NCBI GenBank assembly: GCA_943789275.1
Contig: CALSTM010000003.1
Span: forward strand, 330,001-362,000
Length of the DNA stretch: 32,000 bases
Source of the DNA: Candidatus Poseidoniaceae archaeon
GTDB lineage: Archaea; Thermoplasmatota; Poseidoniia; Poseidoniales; Poseidoniaceae
Direction: 5' to 3'
This document shows positions 21,406-30,188 of the stretch, one piece after another. The position numbers and the translations under genes were made by a program. The notes beneath the pieces were generated by a model. That model did no database searches. It saw nothing but the letters and a program-made list of their open reading frames with translations, and was not told the DNA's origin. The stretch's first letter is position 1. Each line of letters starts with the position of its first letter.

Positions 21406-22956
21406 TCAGTCCAATCGCTTTCTTCGCTCGGTTTTTGGAGCACCCACGTCGCGTAATAATCGTTCTCGAAGGGCTTCATGGAGCCACATCCCTTCATCCA
21501 GTTCAAGCAACAAACCGTGTTTGATGAGGTTCTCGGGCGGCACTCCGCTCCAGCCAACGGCAGAAGCGAGTTTCTCCCAAGGCACCGGCTTTTCAGAGAC
21601 AGCGAGTGTCGAAAGCAGTTCGTGTTCTGTGGGGGGGAGACCCGTAAGGATTTCTTCATCGAGGAATCTCAGCCAGTCTTCGTGTGTCGTTTGACCGTAA
21701 AGTTCCAACATCTCCAGGGCCAGTGGGTGACCGCCGGTAGCAGCATGAACTTCATCGACGCCGATGGACGACCCGTTTTCAAGCTGACTGAGCCAATCTT
21801 TGGTATCTTCAAGGGTTAACCCGCTCAAGGGCATTTCTCGAACCAAGCCACGCGTATGCACATCTCGGCGATCGTAAATCCGTAAGGTCGTACGTGAGAT
21901 GAACAATAAACGCAAAGGTGCTTTCAAGGAAATCTGCAACAAAGCTCCAAGCAAATCTTTTGCGTTTTCTTCCATATGATGTACATCGTCCAGAACAATC
22001 AGCCAATAGGGTGGTGGTCCACCTGCTTCGTTCTTGTACCGCTCGCGGATTGTTCTGGCATCCGTCAAGTAGGAGAGTAAACGCCTTCTCCAAGCATCGA
22101 CGTTGACCGTTCCACCGGGGGTCAGTGGGAGAGTATCAATCAAGTTGTATGGGTCATGTGATTCATCGATGCCAAATCGATGAAGTAAGCTTGTAGCGAG
22201 TCCGAGCGAGCGGTCCCACGGCTGACAAGGATACCAGCAAATGGACAGATGCGGCTCATCCTCGACGCGTTGAGTTAGCCAGTGCGCCACCAGAGTAGAT
22301 TTCCCAATTCCTGCAATACCGTGGACGACCGCACACGGTTTGCGCGCATCAAACCAGTCGTGCAGTTCTTGCAATTCTTCCGTACGCCCGTGAACAGGTC
22401 GAGTGACTGGTGGCTTGTTGTGGTATGTGGCATGCGCTCCAGTCATGGGCGTTAAACGTCCAGGTTTCGGAACGCTTTCTTCGCTGCGTTTACTGATGGT
22501 GCCAAAACGAATATCCCCATAGGTGAGGACCCCTTCATGTTGGGCATGCATGAGGACTTGTAGAAGAGAGATATCTGCTGAGAGACGAACAGGCACCTCA
22601 ACGGCTTCAACCTCGAGCAGCTCACCGCTTGAATCTCTCATTAACACCTTGATTGCACCGAGGGATTTAGAGAGACGCTCTGCGGCTGATTTCCCTTGCT
22701 CTGTTAATTGCCATGTTTTCTGCCGACGGTCTTCGCCACGGATGGTGCGGGTATGCTCGGTGACCATTTCATCTCGGAGTAAAGTGCGCATGGTTCTGCT
22801 CACATTGGGTGGGTGCTGTGCACAGGCTTGAGCAATGCCAGGACGAGTAAGTTCTGAGCCCACAATGTATCGGTCGTTTTGAGCGATGTGTTCGGCTAAG
22901 TGTAACAGCACTCGGTCTTGAACCGCGACGCTGACCTTTGGCAAACCGTCGCTCAT
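21406..22956 (-). CDS. N-terminal winged-helix DNA-binding domain fused to an NB-ARC-like STAND NTPase, with no C-terminal repeat sensor
   Basis: wHTH-like region ~22678-22920 (LTRPGIAQACAQHPPNVSRTMRTLLRDEMV...RRQKTWQLTEQG). Walker A HGIAGIGKSTLV (22294-22320). Walker B WLIVLDDVHH (21982-22002). Also LLFISRT, a GxP motif TGGHPLALE (21715-21735) and a WH/MHD-like HGLLLELDEGMWLHEALRE. I prefer ATG 22956 (MSDGLPKV, GGTGA upstream) because the tracked start 23052 overlaps the divergent gene. Confidence 0.75.
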   Translation of the reverse strand: MSDGLPKVSVAVQDRVLLHLAEHIAQNDRYIVGSELTRPGIAQACAQHPPNVSRTMRTLLRDEMVTEHTRTIRGEDRRQKTWQLTEQGKSAAERLSKSLGAIKVLMRDSSGELLEVEAVEVPVRLSADISLLQVLMHAQHEGVLTYGDIRFGTISKRSEESVPKPGRLTPMTGAHATYHNKPPVTRPVHGRTEELQELHDWFDARKPCAVVHGIAGIGKSTLVAHWLTQRVEDEPHLSICWYPCQPWDRSLGLATSLLHRFGIDESHDPYNLIDTLPLTPGGTVNVDAWRRRLLSYLTDARTIRERYKNEAGGPPPYWLIVLDDVHHMEENAKDLLGALLQISLKAPLRLLFISRTTLRIYDRRDVHTRGLVREMPLSGLTLEDTKDWLSQLENGSSIGVDEVHAATGGHPLALEMLELYGQTTHEDWLRFLDEEILTGLPPTEHELLSTLAVSEKPVPWEKLASAVGWSGVPPENLIKHGLLLELDEGMWLHEALRERLLRDVGAPKTERRKRLD

Positions 22957-23056
22957 ATTCACCGCTGTACGGTAGCGCTTCTCAATGCTTTGCCTTGGTG
23001 TGTCCAAATGCACAATCAGACCATAAGGCCTTTTAGTGGTGAAGTATCGCAAGGGT

Positions 23057-26000
23057 ATGGCTTATCTCCGCAAGGCTATGTTTCTAACAATCCTGATGTT
23101 TTTCATGACATTAGCCCCCCTTGCGGCAGGTGCAGACTCCGACGGTGATGGGTTCGATGATTCCGTCGACGACTGTCGTTGGGCTTATGGAACCTCAAGC
23201 ATCGACAGAGAGGGTTGTCCGGACAGCGATGGCGATGGAACGTCCGACATCAACGATGGTTGGACAACGAACAATCCTAATTTCCAAAATGAGCACACAA
23301 CTTCCTCGAATTCTGATTATAACGGCATCGATTACTCACCAGATGGTGAATTCATTGTTACAGGCTCAGAAGACGGTTTTGTTCGGTTGTGGAACGCGAC
23401 CACCCATGTCAACATTCGATCTGCAAACGCAATTCCAAACGGAGCCGTCACTTCGGTTGCCTATTCGCCCGATGGACAATACATCGCAGCAGGGCTCGAT
23501 GATGACACCATGGACATCTACTACGCAGGCAACCTCACCTCCATTCACGGAACCATCAGTGTCGATGTCGGGAGCAACGACTTCGTCAACAGCGTAGAGT
23601 TTTCTCCTGACAGCAGTTTAGTGGCGGTTTCAATTGGTCGAGCGGGCAACGGTGGGACCAACGGGCAAGTGTTCCTCATCCAAGTAGCCGACGGTCAAAA
23701 GTTGGGCAGTGGTATGAATCCAAACGGCGAAGATCGATTTTATGATTCAGCCTTTTCACCTGACGGGGAACTGATTGCATTGGCAGGAAACGGCGATTTC
23801 TACATCGTCAACATCACCTCAAGGGCGACCGTTTACACGCTGACGAACCCACCCGGCTCAGTGAATTCAATCGCTTGGTCCTCCGATGGAAACTACATCG
23901 CCATGTGCGGTGGCTGGGAAGGCGGCAGTGCGAGCTTCGACATGTATGAATTCTCTGGAAATTCATGGGTGAGAATTTGGGAGAAGTCAACCACAACATC
24001 GTGCTATTCCACTGATTTTTCCTACGATAGCAGTCAAGTCGTAGCAGGACACGGTTACTACCTAGGCGACGGAGCAACTGCAAAGGTCTTCGATTCCGAT
24101 TCAGGTGTACAGATCGACACATTCAGCGGCCCACGGACCAACGGTTGCACAGGCACCGGTAACAGCAATCCATGTGGTATAATGTACGATATTGCCTGGA
24201 GTCCAGACAGCACACACATCGTCACTGCACACGGTCGGAATGACGAGGGCGTTTACTACTGGTATGCTGATATTGATGAAGACAACGACGGCTACAACAC
24301 CACCGACCAAGGCGATGGCGTCGTCGATGCTTTCCCAAGCGAAGGCACCCAATGGGACGATTCCGATAACGACGGCTATGGAGATAATCCAGCTCCAGCT
24401 TTCCAACCCGATGCATGTGTGTTGGTCGCAGGCACTTCAACCGAAGACAGATTTGGTTGCCCTGACGGCGACGGAGACGGCTGGTCTGACGAAGGGGATG
24501 TTTATCCTACAGACCCGCTTCAATGGCTAGATACAGACGGTGACGGGTACGGTGACAACTACTATTTCGACCTCAGCGGCGCTCAACTTCACATGAATCA
24601 AACTGGAGATGCTTTCCCTGACGATGCAACGCAATGGAACGACACAGACGGTGACGACTTTGGGGATAACTATGTGAATGCATCATGGGATAATTTCCGA
24701 GGAGAGAATTGGCCAGGGCTGCTGGTTTCTGTTGCCAACAATATTGACACCTTCCCACTCGACCGAACGCAATGGGCTGATACCGATGGAGATTGGGTAG
24801 GCGATGAGCAAATGAGCGACCGTGCAGACGGTTGCCCAACGATTTGGGGGAATTCTCAATACGATCGACTGGGATGCCCAGATACCGATTCCGACGGATG
24901 GTCGGACCCAGATGCAGGATGGCCGGCAACAACCGATTGCTACGGCGCTGATGCCTTCCCAGATGACCCAACTCAATGGTGCGACGAGGACAACGATGGA
25001 TACGGCAGTAACCAGTCCGGTAACAACGCTGACGAATGTCCAAACCAAGCAGGAACCTCAACTGAAGACCGTATTGGGTGCACAGACTGGGATAATGATG
25101 GCTATTCCAATGCTGGCGATCCGTTCCCGAACGACGGCACCCAATGGGCAGACCGTGACGGTGACAATCGCGGTGACAATCCAAACGGTACAAATCCCGA
25201 TGCTTTCCCTGATGACTCTTCTCAGTGGGTTGACGCAGACAACGATGGCTACGGGGACAACCCAGGTGGCTTCAACGGCGATGCTTTCCCGAACGACGGG
25301 TTACAGTGGGAGGACACCGACGGTGACGGATTTGGTGACAATTTTGTTGATGCAGATGGAGACGGCGTTTCTGAGGGTAACTCAGACGTATGTCCTACCG
25401 TTTCAGGTAATTCTCTTGACCCCACCACTCGAGGTTGCACAGATACAGACCAAGATGGCTTTGTTGACCCTATCGATGTGTTCCCGGAAGACCCGTTCCA
25501 GTGGGCAGATGCTGATGGTGATGGCTGGGGTGACAACACCGGTGTTCCAAGTGGCGATGATTGCGTAGATGTCTTCGGTAAATCGTTTGAGAACAACCGT
25601 CACGGATGCCCAGATGCTGACTTTGACGGTTGGGCTGATGTCGATGATGTCTTCCCGTACGATACCTTGCAGTGGAAAGATACCGACGGTGACGGTTGGG
25701 GCGACAATTACGATTACTTCAACGAAACCATCGACGACCTTGACAACCCAGGCCAAACCTACACCATCCGCAACCAAACCGGCGATGCCTTCCCTACAAT
25801 CGAAGACCAATGGTCGGACATGGATGGCGACGGTTGGGGTGACAACCAAACCAGCTTCTATCAGCCGGATGCTTTCCCATTCCAACCTTCGCAATGGAAC
25901 GATTTCGACGGTGACGGATACGGTGATAACAGCGTGTTTGACCCTGATGGTGAAGATGGCCCATTTGGCCCTGAAACGGCTTTCCAGCCTGATGAATGCC

Positions 26001-26548
26001 GCAAGGAATTTGGAACTTCAGTGCCGTTCACTGAAAGTGAAGGCTACGGTTGTCCTGACAGCGATGGTGACGGTAGATCAGACAGCAACGACATCTGTCC
26101 GTGGGATCCTGCCATCACCAACGGGGTGCTGACAGGTCCAAATGCTGTGAAGTGTGCTATCACATCGGACCCGAGTCTCAACACCGGTGACGGTGATGGT
26201 TCAGCGCTTGGTTTCTCAACCGATTCAACCACCTTCATGGCGTTGGGTGGACTCATTGTGCTGCTCTTAGGCCTCATTTTCGTTGCCCAGATAGCCAAGG
26301 CATCTTCGAAGCGCAAGGCATCTGCTGAGCGCGCTCAAGAAGCCAAGATGGATATCGCCTTCTCTGAAGAAGAAGAACGACGCCTCGCTTGGATTGACCA
26401 CTACGTTGCTGCCGGACAACTCGATGAAGCTCGAGCGCTTGGCTGGAGCGAGAGTGCACCGGTTCCTGAATGGAAGCAATACGAGATGCAACAACAAGCC
26501 GATCAGGCTGGGGCAGTACCGACCATGCTCGACTTGAACAAGTTGTGA
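23057..26548 (+). CDS. Large secreted, C-terminally membrane-anchored surface protein: signal peptide, 7-blade WD40-like beta-propeller, thrombospondin-type-3-like Ca-binding repeats, TM helix, ~80-aa cytoplasmic tail
   Basis: Signal peptide MAYLRKAMFLTILMFFMTLAPLAAG/ADS. Seven blade signatures lie at nt ~23315-24275 (YSPDGEFIVTGSEDGFVRLWN, YSPDGQYIAAG, FSPDSSLVAV, FSPDGELIALAG, WSSDGNYIAMCG, FSYDSSQVVAG, WSPDSTHIVTA). A DxDxDG-rich repeat region lies at 24276-26110. The TM helix FMALGGLIVLLLGLIFVAQIA (~26234-26296) is followed by KASSKRK. The start could also be GTG 23036 or ATG 23078. Confidence 0.85.
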   Translation: MAYLRKAMFLTILMFFMTLAPLAAGADSDGDGFDDSVDDCRWAYGTSSIDREGCPDSDGDGTSDINDGWTTNNPNFQNEHTTSSNSDYNGIDYSPDGEFIVTGSEDGFVRLWNATTHVNIRSANAIPNGAVTSVAYSPDGQYIAAGLDDDTMDIYYAGNLTSIHGTISVDVGSNDFVNSVEFSPDSSLVAVSIGRAGNGGTNGQVFLIQVADGQKLGSGMNPNGEDRFYDSAFSPDGELIALAGNGDFYIVNITSRATVYTLTNPPGSVNSIAWSSDGNYIAMCGGWEGGSASFDMYEFSGNSWVRIWEKSTTTSCYSTDFSYDSSQVVAGHGYYLGDGATAKVFDSDSGVQIDTFSGPRTNGCTGTGNSNPCGIMYDIAWSPDSTHIVTAHGRNDEGVYYWYADIDEDNDGYNTTDQGDGVVDAFPSEGTQWDDSDNDGYGDNPAPAFQPDACVLVAGTSTEDRFGCPDGDGDGWSDEGDVYPTDPLQWLDTDGDGYGDNYYFDLSGAQLHMNQTGDAFPDDATQWNDTDGDDFGDNYVNASWDNFRGENWPGLLVSVANNIDTFPLDRTQWADTDGDWVGDEQMSDRADGCPTIWGNSQYDRLGCPDTDSDGWSDPDAGWPATTDCYGADAFPDDPTQWCDEDNDGYGSNQSGNNADECPNQAGTSTEDRIGCTDWDNDGYSNAGDPFPNDGTQWADRDGDNRGDNPNGTNPDAFPDDSSQWVDADNDGYGDNPGGFNGDAFPNDGLQWEDTDGDGFGDNFVDADGDGVSEGNSDVCPTVSGNSLDPTTRGCTDTDQDGFVDPIDVFPEDPFQWADADGDGWGDNTGVPSGDDCVDVFGKSFENNRHGCPDADFDGWADVDDVFPYDTLQWKDTDGDGWGDNYDYFNETIDDLDNPGQTYTIRNQTGDAFPTIEDQWSDMDGDGWGDNQTSFYQPDAFPFQPSQWNDFDGDGYGDNSVFDPDGEDGPFGPETAFQPDECRKEFGTSVPFTESEGYGCPDSDGDGRSDSNDICPWDPAITNGVLTGPNAVKCAITSDPSLNTGDGDGSALGFSTDSTTFMALGGLIVLLLGLIFVAQIAKASSKRKASAERAQEAKMDIAFSEEEERRLAWIDHYVAAGQLDEARALGWSESAPVPEWKQYEMQQQADQAGAVPTMLDLNKL
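24276..26110 (+). repeat. In-frame tandem array of two interleaved Ca-binding (thrombospondin type 3-like) repeat types inside the surface-protein gene
   Basis: There are 12 copies of (F/Y)Pxxxx-QW-x-D-x-D-x-D-xx-GD(N/E), e.g. AFPDDATQWNDTDGDDFGDN and VFPYDTLQWKDTDGDGWGDN. There are 6 copies here (plus 1 N-terminal at ~23170-23250) of C-x3-6-G-x-S-x4-8-GC-x-D-x-D-x-DG, e.g. DACVLVAGTSTEDRFGCPDGDGDGWSD. At DNA level gacggtgacgg-type strings recur. Confidence 0.85.
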
Positions 26549-26613
26549 TTGCTCTTTTTGTTACACATCGATTGCACCGCTTACCTTTCAAGTAATGACC
26601 GTGATTGTTCACC

Positions 26614-29229
26614 ATGGCCGGCGGTACGCGTTGCACTGTGGCAGTCCTCGCGCTGCTTCTGCTCGCCTCTCTTCCGTATGCAGCGGGTGAAGAATCCGGT
26701 GACGTCGTTTTCTTGCTTCAAGACCAATCAACGCTCGAAAGAGACTGGTACATCGAAGGTGATTCAGTCAATATGCTCCCAGTAATTGTGAACAACGGTG
26801 TTGATACATCGATTGACAACGACCCTTCGTGTGGCGTTTCACTCCAAATTCTCGACTTGAACGGAGTTTTACTGGTCGACGAATCACCTCTTTGTCGAGG
26901 CCAATCTCAAACGTTGGACCTTGACAGCGGGGAAGAACATTCTTTTTCGTCACTCACTTGGGATTTGACCCGAGAAGACGGCTCCTTTGTTGAGCCCGGA
27001 ACCTACATCGTTCAAGCCTTCCACTCCGCAACAGAAACAGTCGTTTCTCAAGAAATCTATGTCCAAACTTCCGTCGATGTGTCTCCGGATTTAGAGATTA
27101 TTCTTGAACTTAACAGCCGGCTTTCACCCTTGCAACACGGTGAAGAAATTATCCTCGGAGTTGTCCTTCGAAACCCCACTTCTGAACTTTCACTTCTCCC
27201 ACAAGTCGATGATTGCTATGTGGACCTCAACATCAATGGAGCATCCACTCTCGCGATGTCATGTTTTGATTCGGTCCCTGCTTTGGAACCTTACGAACAA
27301 ATTCTTCTTGGACATGTTCTTCTGCAAGACTCTTCACTTCTCCAAGGTTTAAACACGATTCAAGCAAGTCTCCCCTCACAAGCTTTGCTTCAAACGACAT
27401 CGTTTACCCTTGAAGCGTCAGAGTCAATCGACACCTCAACTCAATCACGAACGAAAGTGCAATTTTTACAAAACGCTCCGGCTGAGTACCGCTTCAGCGG
27501 CCAAGATATCTTTTCCTCTGTTGTTCAAATCGAGAACATCGGCGAAGACACGCTTGAATTTCACTTTACGGACTCGTGTCGCGCTGAGATGTGGGTAGTG
27601 AACGATTTGAACGAAGTGGTGTTCGACAGCCGACTTCTCAAGAATTGCAACGCTCTAGAACTTGATTACTCCATCGAACAAGACGGCAAGTTGCAGTTCA
27701 CATTACCAGACTGGACATTTACCGATTTAGAAGGATGCGATGTTCCGACGGGAAAGTATTCACTTGTCGCCGAGATACCCGAATTCCACCTTGCCGTTCA
27801 TCACACCATCGAATACCAACAATACGCCTCATCCGATTGCGCATCTTCGCCACAGTTTGAAGTCTATCCAGAATTGATGTCAACCGGTTCGGGATTCAAT
27901 CTAAATTTGACTCTTGATGCTATGAAATCAGATGTCGACCTTCGCTGGATTGACTCATGTTCACTCAGCATTGCCATCATCGACCTTTCAACCATCACAG
28001 AAGTCAATGAACAATTCACCATGTGCAATTCACTCGAAGGACGACATTTTGTTCTCCCATTCGGTGAAGATGCAGAATCGCTTACCTTAGAAGCAGGCTA
28101 CATCGAAATGGTCGACTCGATGTCCCAGCCCCTTGATGATGGCCAATACCAAATGATTTTGACGTTCCAATCATCACAACCGGTCCGTGTAGGATTCGCT
28201 CTCAATTGGCCGTTGGACGGTCAAGTTTCTACTGTTGAACAAACCGTGGAAGCCGTCGTTGAGGAGGAGCCGAGAACGGTCAGCGGAACATGGTCAGGCT
28301 TGCAGACAGAGCTTGGTACGTGTTGGATGTTTGAAACAGTGGACGAAGAACAAATCCTTCTTTCAAGCGCTCTTCTTGGTCCTTGGGTTCCGCAGCAAGG
28401 ATGGAGCGGCACGTACGAGGTCGTTGACGCCCCAGCACACCCTGCGTGTGAAATGTTCCAAGCACCGTCTGTACAAGTGCGAACTCTAGAGGCGGAAACT
28501 CCACTCCAAGAAACAGAAGAGGTCGTTGAACAATCAGTTCTTGATTCTGAAGAAGAGGCCGTGGATGAGCAAGCAGCCATTATCGTTCCATCCGTGATTG
28601 TTGTTGTCGCATCTGGTTCGCTTCTTTCCATGCTGTTTGCGGTTCTTCTCAGTAATGAATCGCTTCGCATTCCGTCAACTGCAGCAGGCCTGTGGTTCCT
28701 TGGCTTGATCGGCAGGACCCATGAAACAAGCGATGGTCGATACCAACGCGGCCGTTTGATGGGGTACCTCACTGCAAACCCAGGATGCCATTTCCGAGCG
28801 CTCATGGCCGCTTTGGACATGAGCAACGGACAGATCACGCACCATTTGAGAATCCTTGAATCGGAGGAAGGCATTTGGCGAAGGAAAGACGGTCGTCTTG
28901 TTCGATATTACCCACTGACCAATTCCCTTCACCCAAACATGAACGAAGACGACTTACCTGTGCCGCCTTTGTCTCCCGACCCGAACAGTCTTCAAGGTAA
29001 GATTCTCTCGTTGTTGGACCACGATGGTCCGCTTGGAGAATTCCCTACTCAAGCAGAACTCGCCAACAGACTCGAAAAGAGCCAGCAATTGGTATCTCAC
29101 CACTTGCGAACTTTACAGAAATTTGGGCTGGTTGAGAAGCGAAAAATGGGACTCAAAAACCGCTACAAACTCACCCGTGAGGCAATTTTCTTGCTTGAGA
29201 CAAGCACAGACTTCACTCGTGAAGATTGA
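26614..29229 (+). CDS. Membrane-tethered putative transcription factor: signal peptide, ~620-aa ectodomain of repeated Cys-pair beta-sandwich-like modules, acidic linker, TM segment, two C-terminal ArsR/MarR-like winged-helix domains
   Basis: Signal peptide MAGGTRCTVAVLALLLLASLPYAAG/EE. Repeated module pattern C-x16-23-C ... G(E/D) ... W ... G..V.(P/T)G.Y (e.g. SCGVSLQILDLNG...PLCRG...SGEEHSF..WDL..DGSFVEPGTYIVQA). TM segment AAIIVPSVIVVVASGSLLSMLFAVLLS (28573-28656). wHTH1 ~28747-28920 (FRALMAALDMSNGQITHHLRILESEEGIWRRKDGRLVRYYPL). wHTH2 ~28990-29190 (TQAELANRLEKSQQLVSHHLRTLQKFGLVEKRKMGLKNRYKLT). ATG 26614 is preferred to the tracked TTG 26605. Confidence 0.75.
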   Translation: MAGGTRCTVAVLALLLLASLPYAAGEESGDVVFLLQDQSTLERDWYIEGDSVNMLPVIVNNGVDTSIDNDPSCGVSLQILDLNGVLLVDESPLCRGQSQTLDLDSGEEHSFSSLTWDLTREDGSFVEPGTYIVQAFHSATETVVSQEIYVQTSVDVSPDLEIILELNSRLSPLQHGEEIILGVVLRNPTSELSLLPQVDDCYVDLNINGASTLAMSCFDSVPALEPYEQILLGHVLLQDSSLLQGLNTIQASLPSQALLQTTSFTLEASESIDTSTQSRTKVQFLQNAPAEYRFSGQDIFSSVVQIENIGEDTLEFHFTDSCRAEMWVVNDLNEVVFDSRLLKNCNALELDYSIEQDGKLQFTLPDWTFTDLEGCDVPTGKYSLVAEIPEFHLAVHHTIEYQQYASSDCASSPQFEVYPELMSTGSGFNLNLTLDAMKSDVDLRWIDSCSLSIAIIDLSTITEVNEQFTMCNSLEGRHFVLPFGEDAESLTLEAGYIEMVDSMSQPLDDGQYQMILTFQSSQPVRVGFALNWPLDGQVSTVEQTVEAVVEEEPRTVSGTWSGLQTELGTCWMFETVDEEQILLSSALLGPWVPQQGWSGTYEVVDAPAHPACEMFQAPSVQVRTLEAETPLQETEEVVEQSVLDSEEEAVDEQAAIIVPSVIVVVASGSLLSMLFAVLLSNESLRIPSTAAGLWFLGLIGRTHETSDGRYQRGRLMGYLTANPGCHFRALMAALDMSNGQITHHLRILESEEGIWRRKDGRLVRYYPLTNSLHPNMNEDDLPVPPLSPDPNSLQGKILSLLDHDGPLGEFPTQAELANRLEKSQQLVSHHLRTLQKFGLVEKRKMGLKNRYKLTREAIFLLETSTDFTRED

Positions 29230-30097
29230 CGGTGCGTTGAATTCCCTGGGGTTCGACAGCCCATTCGATGTGTTCCCAACCGTGCTTTTCTGCGACGGCC
29301 ATCACTTCATCACGATACATCACATCTTCAAGCATGACGCCAACCATTCCACCTGCTCCGGCACCCATTGCTTTCCATCCGAAAATCTGGCTGCCCCAAA
29401 GCGGCCGCAAGATTCTGCGAAAAGGTGCACCGATGGCGAAGTCCAACATGTCAACGCCTTTGGTGGCTCGGAACAAGCCAATCCCAATTTTCGGAATGTC
29501 CTCTGATTCTACAGCCTCAAGCATTTCTTGAGCCATTGCCCGTATCCGATGCAATCCTTCACGCACGCCAGTGTCGCCCTCAGCGTATCGTTTCCATATG
29601 GAATCATGAAGTTCTCCCGACACGTGGGTGATTCCACTGTCAAAGAGCAAGAGGTTCTGTTCAAGTTCTTGTATGAATTCTGGAGAGGGATGAAGTTGTC
29701 TCGCCGTCACAGTGTCTCCGCTAAATTGCAGGTGTTGCAGGCCACCGTATGCACTGGCCCACTGGTCCTGTCGCCCACCTGTGTTGCCCAGCAGTGCTTC
29801 AAATTGGAACGCGAGTTCTGCGATTTCATCAGGCGTTTTCCCTTCACCAGCGATGGCCGAAAGAAAGGCTACGTTCATGGCCCCGGATGTTCCAAGCCCA
29901 GAACCAATGGGGACATCGGATGAGTATTTTACCGAAATACGACGTTCATCGTCAATGTGCATTTCAGCAGTAACGTATCGATTGATGGCGAAGTTCACCA
30001 CTTCACCTCCATAATCACGGCAATAGGCCGGCACATCCGTCCAACCACCTGCTAAATCAATTCGGACTGGGACGCGTACGGTGATTGTCTTGGCCAT
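29213..30097 (-). CDS. GHMP-family sugar kinase (fucokinase/HddA-like)
   Basis: VPVRIDLAGGWTDVP (motif I-like), SDVPIGSGLGTSGAMNVA (motif II PxGSGLGSS), KAMGAGAGGMVGV (motif III). ATG 30097 (MAKTITVRVPVRIDLAGG) is preferred. The tracked start 30196 is a TTG that overlaps the leuS start on the other strand. Confidence 0.8.
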   Translation of the reverse strand: MAKTITVRVPVRIDLAGGWTDVPAYCRDYGGEVVNFAINRYVTAEMHIDDERRISVKYSSDVPIGSGLGTSGAMNVAFLSAIAGEGKTPDEIAELAFQFEALLGNTGGRQDQWASAYGGLQHLQFSGDTVTARQLHPSPEFIQELEQNLLLFDSGITHVSGELHDSIWKRYAEGDTGVREGLHRIRAMAQEMLEAVESEDIPKIGIGLFRATKGVDMLDFAIGAPFRRILRPLWGSQIFGWKAMGAGAGGMVGVMLEDVMYRDEVMAVAEKHGWEHIEWAVEPQGIQRTVNLHE

Positions 30098-30188
30098 GAT
30101 TACCCGATAATTTCCACCCACATGAAGAGTGGCATTCAAGTCAAATGGTTGATACGGAGGTTTGTCTCGCACGACGGTTGGTCTCAAA

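Noticed and set aside
21051-21659. 202-aa minus-strand ORF overlapping trxA and the 3' end of the STAND gene
   Set aside because: It is antisense to a textbook thioredoxin and out of frame with the STAND gene. It has no recognisable motifs and is a shadow ORF.
24276-26110. Periodic short repeats (gacggtgacgg...) that could superficially suggest a CRISPR or satellite array
   Set aside because: They are in frame within one long ORF and encode DxDxDG Ca-binding loops. Spacing is variable, and there is no conserved direct repeat of 24 nt or more with unique spacers.
24573-26132. Long alternative-frame and antisense ORFs (24573..25193 -, 24822..25568 +, 25403..25894 -, 25569..26132 +)
   Set aside because: These are shadow ORFs created by the biased GAY/GGN codon repeats of the surface-protein gene. 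The translations are low-complexity and lack motifs.
26555-26559. T5 tract 7 nt after the surface-protein stop as an intrinsic (archaeal oligo-T) terminator
   Set aside because: It is too short and unaccompanied by structure to call from sequence alone. I mention it only as a caveat for operon structure.
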